NCBI GenBank assembly: GCA_964016885.1
Contig: OZ024760.1
Coordinates: 23,870,001 to 23,934,000 of the forward strand
Source: Eledone cirrhosa
Lineage: Eukaryota
Direction of reading: 5' to 3'
DNA: 64,000 nt
Part shown: piece by piece, positions 12,898-27,762 of the stretch
Position numbering within the stretch: position 1 is the stretch's first letter
Layout of the letters: every line of letters begins with the position of its first letter
Notes under the pieces: model-generated
Told to the model about the DNA's origin: nothing
Databases searched by the model: none
The model's input: only the letters and a program-made list of their open reading frames with translations
Program-made: the position numbers and the translations under genes

Positions 12898-13009
12898 ATT
12901 AACACTTAACATTTAATATTCTACCATACTATTTCATTCTAATACCATTATAAATTTTAAAGGATTGTAAATAAAACGAGTAAATCAGACAAAGTTGGAA
13001 TTCCTTTTA

Positions 13010-13077
<68 letters not shown>

Positions 13078-13336
13078 TATTAGTAAAAAGGAAAAGAAAA
13101 TGCTGACAAATTTTTCCCAGTGAAAAATAGTTTAATTAGGAATAAGTATAAATTAGTAATAAGTATTGGTTAGTATTCAGTTTTAGTTTTAAGTTTTTAC
13201 CGGTTGCGCATTTCTAATGCTTTTCAAAAATAATTTTGAGATAGAGCGCTCGTGATGTTTGCTCTCTATATATATACATACACACACACATATATATACA
13301 TATATATAAATAGAGAGCTATAGAAAGATACATATA

Positions 13337-13380
<44 letters not shown>

Positions 13381-13463
13381 AAAATACGACCCTCCCCAAG
13401 TATATATATATATTTATATATATATGTATGTATATAAATATACATACATATATATGTACATAC

Positions 13464-13569
<106 letters not shown>

Positions 13570-13660
13570 TCTTTTCTTTTAACCTTTCTTTCTGTACCGT
13601 TTCCGGTATTGCTCATTGATTTCCCGTTGCAGAATTTCTATGAAGAACACTGGAGGAGGG

Positions 13661-13898
13661 AGAAGAAGAAGAAGAAGAAGAAGAAGAAGAAGAAGAAGAA
13701 GAAGAAGAAGAAGAAGAAGAAGAAGAAGAAGAAGAAGAAGAAGAAGAAGAAGAAGAAGAAGAAGAAGAAGAAGAAGAAGAAGAAGAAGAAGAAGAAGAAA
13801 GCGAAGAAGAAGGAGAAGAAGAAGAAGAAGAAGAAGAAGAAGAAGAAGAAGAAGAAGAAGAAGAAGAAGAAGAAGAAGAAGAAGAAGAAGAAGAAGAA
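13661..13898. repeat. (GAA)n microsatellite
   Basis: Nearly pure tract. Confidence 0.97.
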
Positions 13899-14219
13899 AG
13901 GCCAAAACACAACAAAACAAACAACAGCAACAAAAAATTAAACAACGAAAATAAACTATTGAAAAAATCCAATAAAATATACCGAAAATATTCTTCAAAG
14001 CTGTTTCGGTTATTTTCTTCAATAGATGCATGAAAATGACAAAAATACATCAAAGACGAGGGATAATAGAGAGAGAATCTTAGAGCACAACAGAGAAAGA
14101 ACTTACCCAAATTGTTTCATTTTATTCGGTTCCATGAAGACAATTTTCTCTGTAAGTAGAAAGAGGAGTCCAAAAGAAAAATATATGTATGCATGTATTA
14201 TATATTATATATATATGTG

Positions 14220-14279
<60 letters not shown>

Positions 14280-14347
14280 GTGTGTATATATGTGTGTGTG
14301 TGTGTGTGGTGTGTATATATGTGTGTTTGTTTGTGTGTGTGTGTATG

Positions 14348-14378
<31 letters not shown>

Positions 14379-14456
14379 CCGTGTGTAACCGTGTGCATAT
14401 ATATGTATATATATACACATATGTATATATATGTGTGTGCGTGGTGTGTGCGTGCG

Positions 14457-14506
<50 letters not shown>

Positions 14507-15199
14507 TATATGCATGAATATATATATACATATATATGTATATATATATATGTGTGTGTATATACATATATATATATATAGATATATACCTATATATACA
14601 TATATATACATATATACATATATAAATGCATATATATATATATAGTATTAATTATACTATTTATGGTTATGCAAATACAAAAACCTTTTGTAGTTATATA
14701 TATTTTTATAAACCCTGAACAGTGGGAGGCAGTAATATATATATATATTTATACATATATATACATATATATATACATATATATATATATGTATACATAT
14801 ATATACATATATATATACATATATATATATATATTTATACATATATATACATATATATATAGATATATATATATATTTATACATATATATACATATATAT
14901 ATATATTTATACATATATATACATATATATATACATATATATATATATTTATACATATATATACATATATATATACATATATATATATATTTATACATAT
15001 ATATATACATATATGTATATACATATATATATATACATATATACATATATATATACATATATATTTACATATATATATATATATACATATATATTTACAT
15101 ATATATATATACATATATATATATACATATATATACATATATATACATATACATATATATATATATATATTTACATATACATATATATATACATATATA

Positions 15200-15253
<54 letters not shown>

Positions 15254-15303
15254 AATATATATATATATGTATTTATATATATACATATATTTATATATAC
15301 ATA

Positions 15304-15335
<32 letters not shown>

Positions 15336-15400
15336 CATATATATACATATACATACATATACATATATATATACATATACATATATATATACATATACAT

Positions 15401-15915
15401 AAATGTAATCGAATATTAATAATAACATTCGATTCCTTTGCAATTATGCAAACAAGCCTCAATTTTATAGCCATGTCAGTAGAATGAACCCTTCATGCTT
15501 GCTCTTGTGTTGGCAAAGCCGGCCATTTATCGCTCGTATACAGGAAACTGACTGGCTACTCTGCTGATATGCAAATCTGGCTGATCAGTGGATCTGCTAA
15601 TATGCAGATCTGACTGATCAGCCAGTCTGCTAATATGCAAATCAGGCCGATCAGTCACTGTGTATTTTTAAAAATAGCATATATTTTCACTAGCTCTGAC
15701 AGTTTGGTAGGTGAACAGTGAGCTGTACTGATGAAGGGTGATACCCAGAAACATTAGTGTCTGTAGTTCTTTTCACATGCCAACACAAGAGCAAGTATGA
15801 TGTATTCATTCTAGTGACATGGCTATAAAATTGAGGCTTGTTTGCATAATTGCAAACGAATCGAATCTTATTATAAATATTCGAAAAACTCAGATTACAT
15901 TTATTGCTACAATAT
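15401..15915. mobile_element. (TA)n-flanked element with ~110-bp terminal inverted arms and an internal hammerhead
   Basis: 15401-15513 inverted with 15778-15902; spacer carries the hammerhead and three short tandem repeats. Confidence 0.75.
15722..15767 (+). ncRNA. Hammerhead-like motif
   Basis: gctgta CTGATGA(15728) agggtgataccca GAAA(15748) cattagtg TC tgtagt. Confidence 0.65.
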
Positions 15916-16082
15916 AAATATATTTATATATATATTAACACACTCACCCAGCCCACATACACTACTGGCAAAAACACACCTATGAATTAATTTACCAATC
16001 AAAACAAACTTTACTGACAGCCATAGGAACATCAGACTCTCTCATACGGCATGTGTATTCATTTTTCCATTACATTACAAGG

Positions 16083-16167
16083 GGTCTGACGAGCTGCGGA
16101 TTACATAGTCGGGTCAGATCAATACAGATCGAACCTTGAGCTGATCAGTGGCGAAACGCGCGTCACC
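16083..16167 (+). ncRNA. Type-I hammerhead ribozyme with long stem II
   Basis: ggt CTGACGA(16086) gctgc...gtggc GAAA(16153) cgcgcg TC acc, followed by aataaa and a tcgagtgct motif before TA/TG repeats. Confidence 0.8.
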
Positions 16168-16346
16168 AACCAATAAACGTAATGAAGGAGTAACCAATCG
16201 TCCTTGTTATTTTATTTCACTATAATACACTCTGTATAGCTCTACGCCTCGACACTGAAGTGAACCTAAACATCGAGTGCTATATTTATATATGTGTGTG
16301 TGTGTGTGTGTGTTGGTGTGTGTGCGTTGGTGTGTGTGTGGGGGGC

Positions 16347-16378
<32 letters not shown>

Positions 16379-16612
16379 GGTGTGTGTTGGTCTGTGTGTG
16401 TGTGTGTGTGTGTTGGTCTGTGTGTGTGTGTGTGTGTGTTGGTGTGTGTGTGTTGGTGTGTATGTGTATTGGTGTGTGTGTGTGTTGGTGTGTGTGTGTT
16501 GGTGTGTGTGTGTGTGTTGGTGTGTGTGTGTGTGTGCGTGTGCGTGTGCGTGTGCGTGTGTGTGTGTGTAGATATCAAATTGTACCACCTGAATCTATTA
16601 TAATAACCTACT

Positions 16613-16797
16613 ATTGGCAGTATCGGTAGAGGGTCGGACGCCATGCTTTGACGTATAGAGTTACGGCCCTTCATGGTCTGAGTTCAAATCCCGCCGAGGT
16701 TAACTTTGCCTTTCATCCTTACGGGGACGATAAATTAAAGTACCAATAATACACTGAGATAATTGCTGGCCTTGTGCCAAGAGTAGAAACAATTATT
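16613..16797 (+). mobile_element. tRNA-derived SINE
   Basis: ttggcagtatcggtagag (A box-like) ... gagttcaaatcc (B box) ... aaagtacc ... gtagaaacaattattatt. Confidence 0.9.
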
Positions 16798-17387
16798 ATT
16801 ATAATTGTCATCAACTATCAATGAACCAACCTCATAACCTCTTATATTTCCTCTCTTTCCTTTTCTATTTTTCTATTTTTTTCCCTAAATTTATTTAATC
16901 TCTAACATTATATCTTATCGTATTATTTTCACTTATAACTTACAATTAATTAATTAATTATTTAATTAATTTATTAATGTAACTAATACATATATGAATA
17001 TATTGAACATTTTCATGTTTATACCATCATATCTCTATATTTTAACCAGCAACACCACAACTACTCTCAATAATTATACTATATTTACTTTTCTTCGCAC
17101 ACATATTAAAATTTCTTTTTTTAACATATTTTGTATTATTTTTAATCATCCTTGTTATAACTTATTTATTAACATTTATTCATTTATTATTATTATCTTT
17201 ATTATATTTTTTCTCTCTGTTTTCTTTTTCTTTATCTTTTTTATCTTTTTTCTTCATCTTTCTCCCTTCTTTCTTTTTTTACTCTATCTTTTTTCTTTTT
17301 TTTTCTTTTTTTCTCTCTCTTGTTTTCTCTCTCTTTCTTTATTAATGATGTTGTAATTTGAATTCGTAAATACCGAGTATATTTTTA

Positions 17388-17503
17388 ACAGTCCTTTCTG
17401 ATGATCTGGTTAAGCTAACATAGTATTTAAAATTAAGTGGCACAGCTTCAAGTGTTCAGCAATTTTTAGACAACTTAATCAGTGAAACAATTGTTAATAC
17501 TGT
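17388..17503 (+). ncRNA. Hammerhead-like motif with long stem II
   Basis: CTGATGA(17398) tctggttaag...cttaatcagt GAAA(17484) caattg TT aatactgt; bulged stem I with acagt. Confidence 0.55.
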
Positions 17504-17713
17504 AAATAAAACCCTTTTTTGTACTGTTGACCATGTTATTCTTCACTCTTTCAATATATATATATATATATAAAACATGAGAAGAAAGAATAATACTGCG
17601 TGGTTTACACATGGGTTACATATGATAAAAATAGTCCTTCGTCAGTGATTTTCCAACCATCATTGGTATTTCATCGCATTAAAAATCAGATACCTCAGTT
17701 CATTCCTTGAATA

Positions 17714-17749
<36 letters not shown>

Positions 17750-17751
<2 letters not shown>

Positions 17752-17925
17752 AACGAGTAGGACCTCTACGGCTGAGCTCAAGCCGTTTCGACGGCTAATT
17801 CTGTCCAGAATTAGCCGTCGAAACGGCGGGATCCTACTCGTTCCTATTACCCACTCTACTACCCTAAGTATTGAGTACTTTGGTGCGTTATGGTCCACCT
17901 GGTTCCTTACCACATTTCCTTCGTT
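17750..17925 (+). mobile_element. Short hairpin-plus-tail element, copy 4
   Basis: Same tail; folds at aattctgtccagaatt; deletion in the right arm. Confidence 0.85.
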
Positions 17926-18093
17926 ATATATATATATATATTCAAGGAATGAACTTTTTTCGCGTTGTCCACACGTCTGGAAACGTAATTACAAAGCTCC
18001 AGATTGATTAACATGAACAATCTATAATATTCTGGACTGAATAACATGAATAATCTAATATTATTCTGAATATTGACAGTCGTCTCCCTCGCC

Positions 18094-18420
18094 CCGATCT
18101 ATCGTGGGTTTGCCTCCACTTTGGGAAGTGACTGTTTCTGCACATGCGTATTCGTACAGTTGTTTATTTTCCGTACAGCCTCATTTAAACCGAGCTAATG
18201 ATCCGCATAAGGTTAAACAATTGTTCTCCTGCACCGATCTGTCATGGGTTTACCTCCCCTTTGGGAAGTGATTGTTTCTGCACATGCGTATTCATGCAGT
18301 TGTTTGTTGTTTTTTTTTTGTCTTTTCCGTACAACCTCATTTAAACCGAGTTGATACTCCGAATAAGGTAAAACAATTGTTCTCGGTAATGGTGAACTAG
18401 ATGTTGTGGAACTACTTCAA
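18094..18420 (+). repeat. ~140-bp direct duplication, each unit ending in a decayed hammerhead-like motif
   Basis: ccgatct..ctttgggaagtga..cctcatttaaaccgag..aaacaattgttctc twice; related end at 20548-20595(-). Confidence 0.65.
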
Positions 18421-18695
18421 TATATATATATATATCTGTGTGTGTGTAAGTATGTGTGTGTGTGTGTGTGTGTATTTGTGCATTTATTTTCAATGACATA
18501 TCTGTATACTGACGATCAATTGGAATTGGTTTCTCGCTAATCGATTGAAATATTCCGATTGTTCTAATGAAAGGATCACAAATCAATTAAATTATCTACT
18601 TTGCTTCTTCGTGTATATTTATTTAATTATATATATATATATATATACATTTATATATATATATATATCGGTATATATATATATACCGATATATC

Positions 18696-18758
<63 letters not shown>

Positions 18759-18783
18759 ATATATATATATACCGATATATCGG

Positions 18784-18819
<36 letters not shown>

Positions 18820-18852
18820 ATATATCGGTATATATATATATATATATATATC

Positions 18853-19718
<866 letters not shown>

Positions 19719-20288
19719 TATAATCTCATTTTTTGTCGATTCTATTGAGTGATGAATAGCTTTTGTTTTATTTTAACATGTCTATTGAGCACTCTTATTC
19801 GATATGTGTATTTCCACATTTCCTCGAATAGTTTTCGCGGATGTAGAGGTTATCTCCCTTGTCGAATGCCATGTGCGTTTTTCACTGGTGGTTAGCCCCT
19901 TATCCGCTAGGAAAAAGCTCGTTGATGAAGTAAACTCCATTCCTCTTGCTCTAGTAGGCTTTTATATTTATATGTGAGCTGATAGAGTACAGTCTAAGGA
20001 TTTACAGAAACCCAAGAAGCTAGATTTAACACCTTTCTAGTGGGTCCGGGTATGATTTTACATTCATTTAAATTATTGATGTATTGTTTTATTGATATTT
20101 TTTATCTGTTTGTCCCGAATCTTCTATTATCGATTTTTTATCGTATGGTTGATTGTAGACTTGTTCTATGTGTGACGGTATTTTAACGATAGTTATAGCT
20201 CTGATTCATCTGAATTATTGAGCCCTCTGCCGCTCATTTCGAATATTGTTTATCGTGAACTCGTGCGCCGATTTTTCGATACTCGATC

Positions 20289-20320
<32 letters not shown>

Positions 20321-20365
20321 CGGTATATATATATCTATATATATATATATATAATTATATATATA

Positions 20366-20412
<47 letters not shown>

Positions 20413-20424
20413 CCGATATATCGG

Positions 20425-20455
<31 letters not shown>

Positions 20456-20609
20456 TATATATATATATATATACCGATATATATATATATATTTTATATA
20501 TATGTATGTATGTATGTATCGATATATATATATATCGGTATATATACAGGTAGTTCCACAACAGTTAGTTAACCATATGGAGAACAAATGTTTCACCTAC
20601 ATACATATA

Positions 20610-20724
<115 letters not shown>

Positions 20725-21088
20725 ATATATAAACATACAGTATATTGTTAAATATATAATACATACATTCCTATGTACAACACTATATCAGAACACCAAT
20801 ACAAATTTCTAATTGTTACTAGGGCCGGCAACTGCTATGTATGTAAATGAGTTTCAACAGCTCATAAACATAAATGGAATTCTATAAGGATCCAGCTTCG
20901 ATAGCTTCAACAGAAGCAGAGGGATATGTAGTCTAGATAACCACTAAGAATCAGAAACGTTGGCCATCATCGGTTACTTCCCCCTGCCTTTGCTGAAGCT
21001 AGATATGTGACGTTAGTCAATACCTTAACATTCATAGCTAAATGCCTTCAAAATGTTTTAAAATAAACTTACAGTATATTATTAAATA

Positions 21089-21755
21089 GTGAGTTCAAAT
21101 CCCGCCGAGGTTAACTTTGCCTTTCATCCTTACGGGGTTGATAAAATAAAGTACCAGTAATGTACTGGTTAATTGCTGGCCTTGTGCCAAAAGTAGCATC
21201 AATTATTAAATGGTGAATTGGCAGTATCGGTAGAGGGTTGGACGCCATGCTTTCTAGCATAGTTACGTCCTTTTACAGTCTGAGTTCAAATCCCGCCGAG
21301 GTTAACTTTGCCTTTCATCCTTACGGGGTCGATAAAATAAAGTACCAGTAATGTACTGGTTAATTGCTGGCCTTGTGCCAAAAGTAGCATCAATTATTAA
21401 ATGGTGAATTGGCAGTATCGGTAGAGGGTTGGACGCCATGCTTTCTAGCATAGTTACGTCCCTTTACAGTCTGAGTTCAAATCCCGCCGAGGTTAACTTT
21501 GCCTTTCATCCTTACGGGGTCGATAAAATAAAGTACCAGTAATGCACTGGGATGATTTCTGGCCTTGTGCCAAAAGTAGAAACAATTATTAAATATACAA
21601 TTGGCAAGGGTGGTGGATTTGCAGTATCGGTAGAGGGTTTGACGCCATGTTTTGCAGCATGGAGTTACGGGCCTTTACGGACTGACTTCAAATCCTGCTG
21701 AGGTTAACTTTGCCTTTCATCCTTACGGGGTCGATAAAATAAAGTACCAGTAATA
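21089..21755 (+). mobile_element. Tandem array of four SINE units (about 183-bp period)
   Basis: tgagttcaaatcccgccgaggttaactttgcctttcatccttacgggg at about 21090, 21281, 21472 and a diverged copy at about 21683; period about 190 bp between B boxes. Confidence 0.9.
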
Positions 21756-22019
21756 CAATACGTACATTCATATATGTGTGGAGGTGTGAGTCAGATTTAG
21801 TCGGGGGTAAACAGAGTAATATATTAATAGAGTATAAACATCACGTTTAATATAGAACTGTCTTATACAGAACTGGGACTGTTCCATTCAAAAGGAATCA
21901 TCAAGAAAGCTTTTTCTTGTGATTTCTTTTGAATTAAACGGTCCTATTCGGGGTCGATAAAATAAAGTACCAGTAATGCACTGGGTAATTGCTGGCCTTG
22001 TGCCAAAAGTAGAAACAAT

Positions 22020-22075
22020 TATATATATTTCAAGAGCAACCAAGGCAGTTTTGGTGCGCTTTCATCAGATAAAAT
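22020..22075 (-). ncRNA. Hammerhead core, 3' strand of stem I replaced by an adjacent SINE tail
   Basis: Reverse complement: attttat CTGATGA aagcgcaccaa..ttggttgctctt GAAA tatata TA. Confidence 0.6.
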
Positions 22076-22502
22076 ACAAAATTTGTTTTATATATATAGA
22101 TATATATACATGCTTTGGTACGTACATATGTATAAACATGCATACATACATACATGCATGCAATCACACACACTCTGACACACACACATACACACTTTCA
22201 TATATACATCCAGACATTCATACATACATTCATGCATACCATCACACACATACATACATTCATACGTACATACATACATACATTCATTCATAGATATCAT
22301 CAAATATTCACACATACATATATACATACATACACAAATACATGTATGTCTGAATGTATGTGCTTACGATGGTATGTATGTATGTGCACATACAGGCATA
22401 CATACAAACATAAGCACATACCAAACCATACGCACACACACATACATACACAAACACACTCACACACACATACACATACACACACTCACACACTCACACA
22501 CA

Positions 22503-22538
<36 letters not shown>

Positions 22539-23189
22539 TACACGCACAAACACAGAAACACACACACAAATACAACCACACACAGTCACACAAACACAAA
22601 CACACACTCACAAACACGCACACAAACACACACACACACGCACAGCTTCGTTTCAACACATACAAACATAAGCACATACCAAGACCTAAGCACACACACA
22701 CATACACACACACACACACACTCACTCAAACACACACACACACACACACACATTCACACACTCACACACACACACACACACATACATACAAACACACGCA
22801 CACTCACACACACACACACACTCACTCAAACACACACACACACCCACACACATTCACACACTCACTCACACACACACACACACATTCACACACTCTCACA
22901 CACACACTCACATACAAACACACACACACATACACATACATACAAACACACACACACACGCACACACACAATCAAAACAGACACGTGTGTTGCTATCCAA
23001 CATCGTTCCAGTGTACAGAACAAATGAGTGCATGCTAAGATATTTCCAATTCTTGATTCTAATGAAATTACCATTCTAAGAGGCTCAGCCAATCAAATTA
23101 CGCTCACTGGCAACTTGATTACCGCGTCAGCATGGAACATTCTAAGTCAGAGAGATCTTCTTGTGTCTTCACCTTCATTTTAATTCACT

Positions 23190-23509
23190 TCTGTCTATCT
23201 ATATATCTAGCTATATATCTATTTATCTAGCTAACTATATATCTCTCTATCTATATATTTATCTAGATAACTATATATCTCTCTATCTATCTATTGATCT
23301 AGATAACTATCTCTCTCTCTCTATCTATCTATCTATCTCTCTCTCTCTCTATCTATCTATCTATTTATCTAGCTAACTATCTCTATCTATCTATCTATTT
23401 ATCTCTCTCTCTGTCTATCTATCTATCTCTGTCTATCTCTCTCTATCTATTTATCTAGCTAACTATCTCTCTCTCTATCTATCTATCTATCTATTTATCT
23501 AGCTAACTA

Positions 23510-23540
<31 letters not shown>

Positions 23541-23625
23541 CTATCTCTCTCTGTCTATCTATCTATCTATTTATCTAGCTAACTATCTCTCTCTCCCTCT
23601 CTCTCTCTATATATATATCTATCTA

Positions 23626-23664
<39 letters not shown>

Positions 23665-23794
23665 CTCTGTCTATCTATCTATCTATCTATTTATCTAGCT
23701 AACTATCTCTCTCTCCCTCTCTCTCTCTCTCTTTCTCTCTCTCCCTATCTATCTCTGTCTATCTATCTATCTATCTATTTATCTAGATAACTAT
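23190..23794. repeat. (TCTA)n/(TC)n compound microsatellite
   Basis: Direct inspection. Confidence 0.9.
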
Positions 23795-23938
23795 TGGGGA
23801 AAATCGACTAACTTTTTAAATTGCATTAAATTGCATTAAATTGCATTTGTGATAACATTTTACACGTTTTTATTATATGTAGACTTCCCGCTTTGTATTT
23901 GTCCCCTTCTTTTGTGCCCCTGTGGCTAATAAAGAAAC
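23795..23938 (+). mobile_element. Tx1-like LINE 3' UTR remnant
   Basis: Ends cccctgtggctaataaagaaa, matching the 3' ends of the other Tx1-like remnants. Confidence 0.55.
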
Positions 23939-23954
23939 ATCTATTTATCTATCT

Positions 23955-25901
23955 AACGATATAAATAATTTCAGGCCCATAACTCTGCTAAATACAGAGT
24001 TACAGATTTTGGCCAAGGTGCTAGCAAAGAGGTTGGCGCTTGTCGTGGGCAACCTGGTGGGAGATGCGCAGACATGTGCTATCCCGTCCAGGTCCATCCA
24101 CGACAACCTCCACCTCCACAGCTGGATCAATTCCATGCACAGCAGCCGCATCTGCTCTAGGGTCAAGGTGAACGGCTACCTCTCGGAGCCGTTCGAAATC
24201 GCACGGTCCATCCGACAAGGGTGCCCTCTCTCCTCCCTTCTGTATGTAATGACTCTAGAGCCACTGCTGCGGAAGTTGGAGTTGTTGCAGGGCATCCCGT
24301 TGGAACCGGGATTGCAGAAAGCGGTGTCGGCCTACGCCGACGACGTAACAGTAATGGTGTCGACGGCCTCGGAAATCGGGGCGATCGGCACCTTACTGGA
24401 GGAGTACGAAAGGTTTACAGGGGCTAAGCTGAACCGGGACAAGTCGATCGGTCTGCAACTCGGCACGTGGAGGGGCAGATCGATGCCCTCCGATGGCGTC
24501 GTCGGGCGCTGGACGGAGGGCCCGGTGAAGTTGCTCGGGATCTGGTTCGGACCATACCTCCAGGTGGAGAAGAACTGGGGTGAGGTAACGAACAGGGTGT
24601 TTGCACTGACCTAGAAGTGGGCCGAGTGCAAACTGTCCCTGAAAGGTCGGGCCGAGGTGGCAAACACTTATATAGCGCCCGTCATCTACTACCACCTGAC
24701 CGTTGTGCCTTGCCCAAGGGAAACGTTCGCCAAAATGGAGCGCGCACTCTTCCAATTCCTTTGGAAGAAGCGGGCTCCTATGGTGAGGAGATCTATCTGC
24801 TGTCAACACCCTTCGAAAGGAGGGCTGGGGATGTCGTGGCTAATGATACGTAAACACGCATTAAGGCTACGGCACCTCCAGGTGTTCCTCACCGGTCAAT
24901 CGGTGTGGGCCCCGTTTGTGAGGCGAGCCTTTCCCAGACTCGTCTCACTCACCGAGCTGCAATCCTGGGTCAAGCAAAGACCGAGAAAACTGGGCGCCTG
25001 GCACACCGAGTGTGCCCAGGCGCTCACGGCTCTCTGGCAGGCGGACTCGGCTGTCAGTGGAGAATCCACCTCGTCATTCTATAGAGGGCTGGTGGTTAGC
25101 AGGTGCGTCGACGCCCTCGGAGAAGCCCTAGGCATGGAAGAAGACGAACTGGCCAACCTGTTCGGTAGGACATTCAGCCCGGGACCCATGGATAACTTCC
25201 AGAGGTCCCTGGCCTGGCAGTGCTACCGAGGTGCTCTGCCCGTTCAAGAAAGGTACACTGCTCGGGCATTGCCGATCTGTGGGGCTATGTCGAACAACTG
25301 CTGTCAAGGGTGGGACCGATCCGGTTGACCACCGAGTCTATTGTAACGATCAAGCCGCCTCCCCTCTTCAAAAATGAAGAAGAGGCGGTGTTTCTGTGCG
25401 TAATAGCCATGGCGAAAGAGGTTGTATGGTGGACGCGTCTGAAAGGACTGAGGTCAGACACCTTTCTCTCTGGCCAACAACTGGTCCGTTTCTTCCGATA
25501 TCATTTCGGAAGAAGGATCAGGATGGAGAGAGAGTTCCTGCACCCCAGTCGTTTTTATGAAAGATGGGTGAAAGTGGCGAGAATGGCCCGTGTGAATGGG
25601 CCTTCACTCTACATCAGACTATAGGTGAGGAAGATGAAAGATCAAAGGAGCACCTCCTCTCTGTGCTCCTGGGGAGAAGGGTTGCACACTTTTTTTCGGG
25701 GGGGGGTGCGACCCCCCAAGGCGCCTCCTCTCTATTGAGGACTTAGTTATAAATTTTATTTTTTGTTATATTTTATTTTATTTTTATATATTGTTATTGC
25801 CTCCTCCTTATTGAGGACGCCTTTTTATGTAAACTCCCCCCCCCCCCCCCCCATTGTACTTGTCCCACTTTTTGATGCCCTGGTGGCATATAAAAAGAAA
25901 G
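23955..25901 (+). mobile_element. 5'-truncated, decayed Tx1/L1-group LINE (RT to C-terminus plus 3' UTR)
   Basis: FRPITLLNT..KVLAKRL, IRQGCPLSSLLY, AYADDVTV, KLLGIWFG, GGLG motifs; internal RT deletion, stop at 24612-24614, frameshift near 25250; ends in (TCTA)n. Confidence 0.9.
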
Positions 25902-26412
25902 TTATCTATCTATCTATCTTCCTATCTACTTAGTCTCCTTCATACCTCCCTCTCTCTCTCTCTTCCTCACCCTGCCTCTCCCCCTTCTCTCTCTCTCTCT
26001 CCATCCCTCTCCTTCTCTCTCCCTCATTACCTCACACTATCTCTCCCTCCCTCTCCACCCCACTCTGCAACCCCTCCCTCCAACCCCCCCCCCTCTCTCT
26101 ACTTACCTATCCCACTCTCCCATATATACCCCTATGTATTCTTATATTACACTATTTCGTTAGTTACTTTCTTCCTATATATATTTGTTCGTTCCTTTAC
26201 TTCGTGGATAGCTTTTTTCTTTTCTTTCCCCTCTATTATATGTGCTTCTTTCTTTCTTTCTTTCTTTCTTCCCTCTATATATCTCTACCTCGGCATTCTT
26301 GTAATATGTAGTTTATGTGACAGCTTCTGCTGTGTTGTGTCGAGTTACTCTTTCCTAGCATTTACCTTAACACTGTTTGTTTCAAGAGACCCGTCATCCC
26401 TATATCACTCTC

Positions 26413-26498
<86 letters not shown>

Positions 26499-26500
<2 letters not shown>

Positions 26501-26971
26501 AAAGTTATATTTAAAATTGTTGGGTTACAACTAGTAAATATTTATAACTGATATAAAAGCACTCGACAAATATTTGGAGTATATTTACAATATTAAATAA
26601 ATGGAAACTATATTTATAAAACCATATTTATTTCATTATATATATTTCGGGGATATCATATTAACAATATGCTATGCCTTCCTCAGACAAAATACAATAT
26701 AAACAGTTTTATAGATAAATAGATTCGACATACCGTTATAACACCGACTTCCATTTGAAGAGGTTTAAGCTGGCAGTCTAAAACCAGCTTAAACCTCTTC
26801 AAATGGAAGTCGGTGTTATAACGGTATGTCGAATGTATTTATCTATAAAACTGTTTATATTGTATTTTGTCTGAGGAAGGCATAGCATATTGTTAATATG
26901 ATATCCCCGAAATATATATAATGAAATAAATATGGTTTTATAAATATAGTTTCCATTTATTTAATATTGTA
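26499..26971. mobile_element. Near-perfect fold-back hammerhead element in (TA)n
   Basis: 26586-26773 inverted with 26784-26971 (about 188-bp arms); left arm has an extra tail of about 87 nt. Confidence 0.85.
26864..26927 (+). ncRNA. Minimal type-I hammerhead ribozyme (mirror copy at about 26630-26693, minus strand)
   Basis: attttgt CTGAGGA(26871) aggcatagcatatt..aatatgatatcccc GAAA(26909) tatata TA atgaaat. Confidence 0.75.
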
Positions 26972-27282
26972 TATATATATATATATATATATAAGTATGA
27001 GATACTTTCCTTTAATCGCCACATGTATCTGGAAAACTTAGTCGCGTACTTATCTTTGGAGTGTCTGATATATAACAGGAGGTTATATTAACGTGGAAAA
27101 TATTTATGTGAAAATATTAAGTAACTCACTTCCTCCATTTCGTGGCCCGTAAATTTTTGTTTAATAACTTCGTAATTGAACAATATTTTAAATGATTCAT
27201 GGACTTAAGATCGTTTTATCTAACGTTTTTGTAAGACCGTCCTGCCCTATATATACATTTGTGTTTGATATATATATATATA

Positions 27283-27439
27283 GGAAAATGTTTGACCCCG
27301 ACGGCAGAGCTCAAGCCGTTTCGACGGCTTGAGCTATGCCGTCGGGGTCAAATATTTCCTATTATCCACTCTACTACCCTAAGAATTGAGTACTCTGGTG
27401 CGTTATGGTCCATGTGGTTCCTTAGCACACTTCCTTCGT

Positions 27440-27440
<1 letters not shown>
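27283..27440 (+). mobile_element. Short hairpin-plus-tail element, copy 5
   Basis: Folds at agccgtttcgacggct; same tail; (TA)n both sides. Confidence 0.85.
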
Positions 27441-27509
<69 letters not shown>

Positions 27510-27676
27510 GTATTATATTATATTATATTTAGATTATGTTCATATATGTGTGTGTGAGAGAGAGAGAGTGCGTATATACGTATACTCACATGCGTGTGCA
27601 TTTCATATACTCCCAAATACATGCATATGAGTATCATTCATTGTACATTGATTTACCTCCCTTTCCAACCCTATAT

Positions 27677-27762
<86 letters not shown>

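Noticed and set aside
16613-16700. tRNA gene at SINE heads
   Set aside because: A/B boxes present but no cloverleaf; part of a high-copy SINE
21876-21948. Imperfect 70-bp palindrome
   Set aside because: Single copy, no hammerhead core or (TA)n flanks
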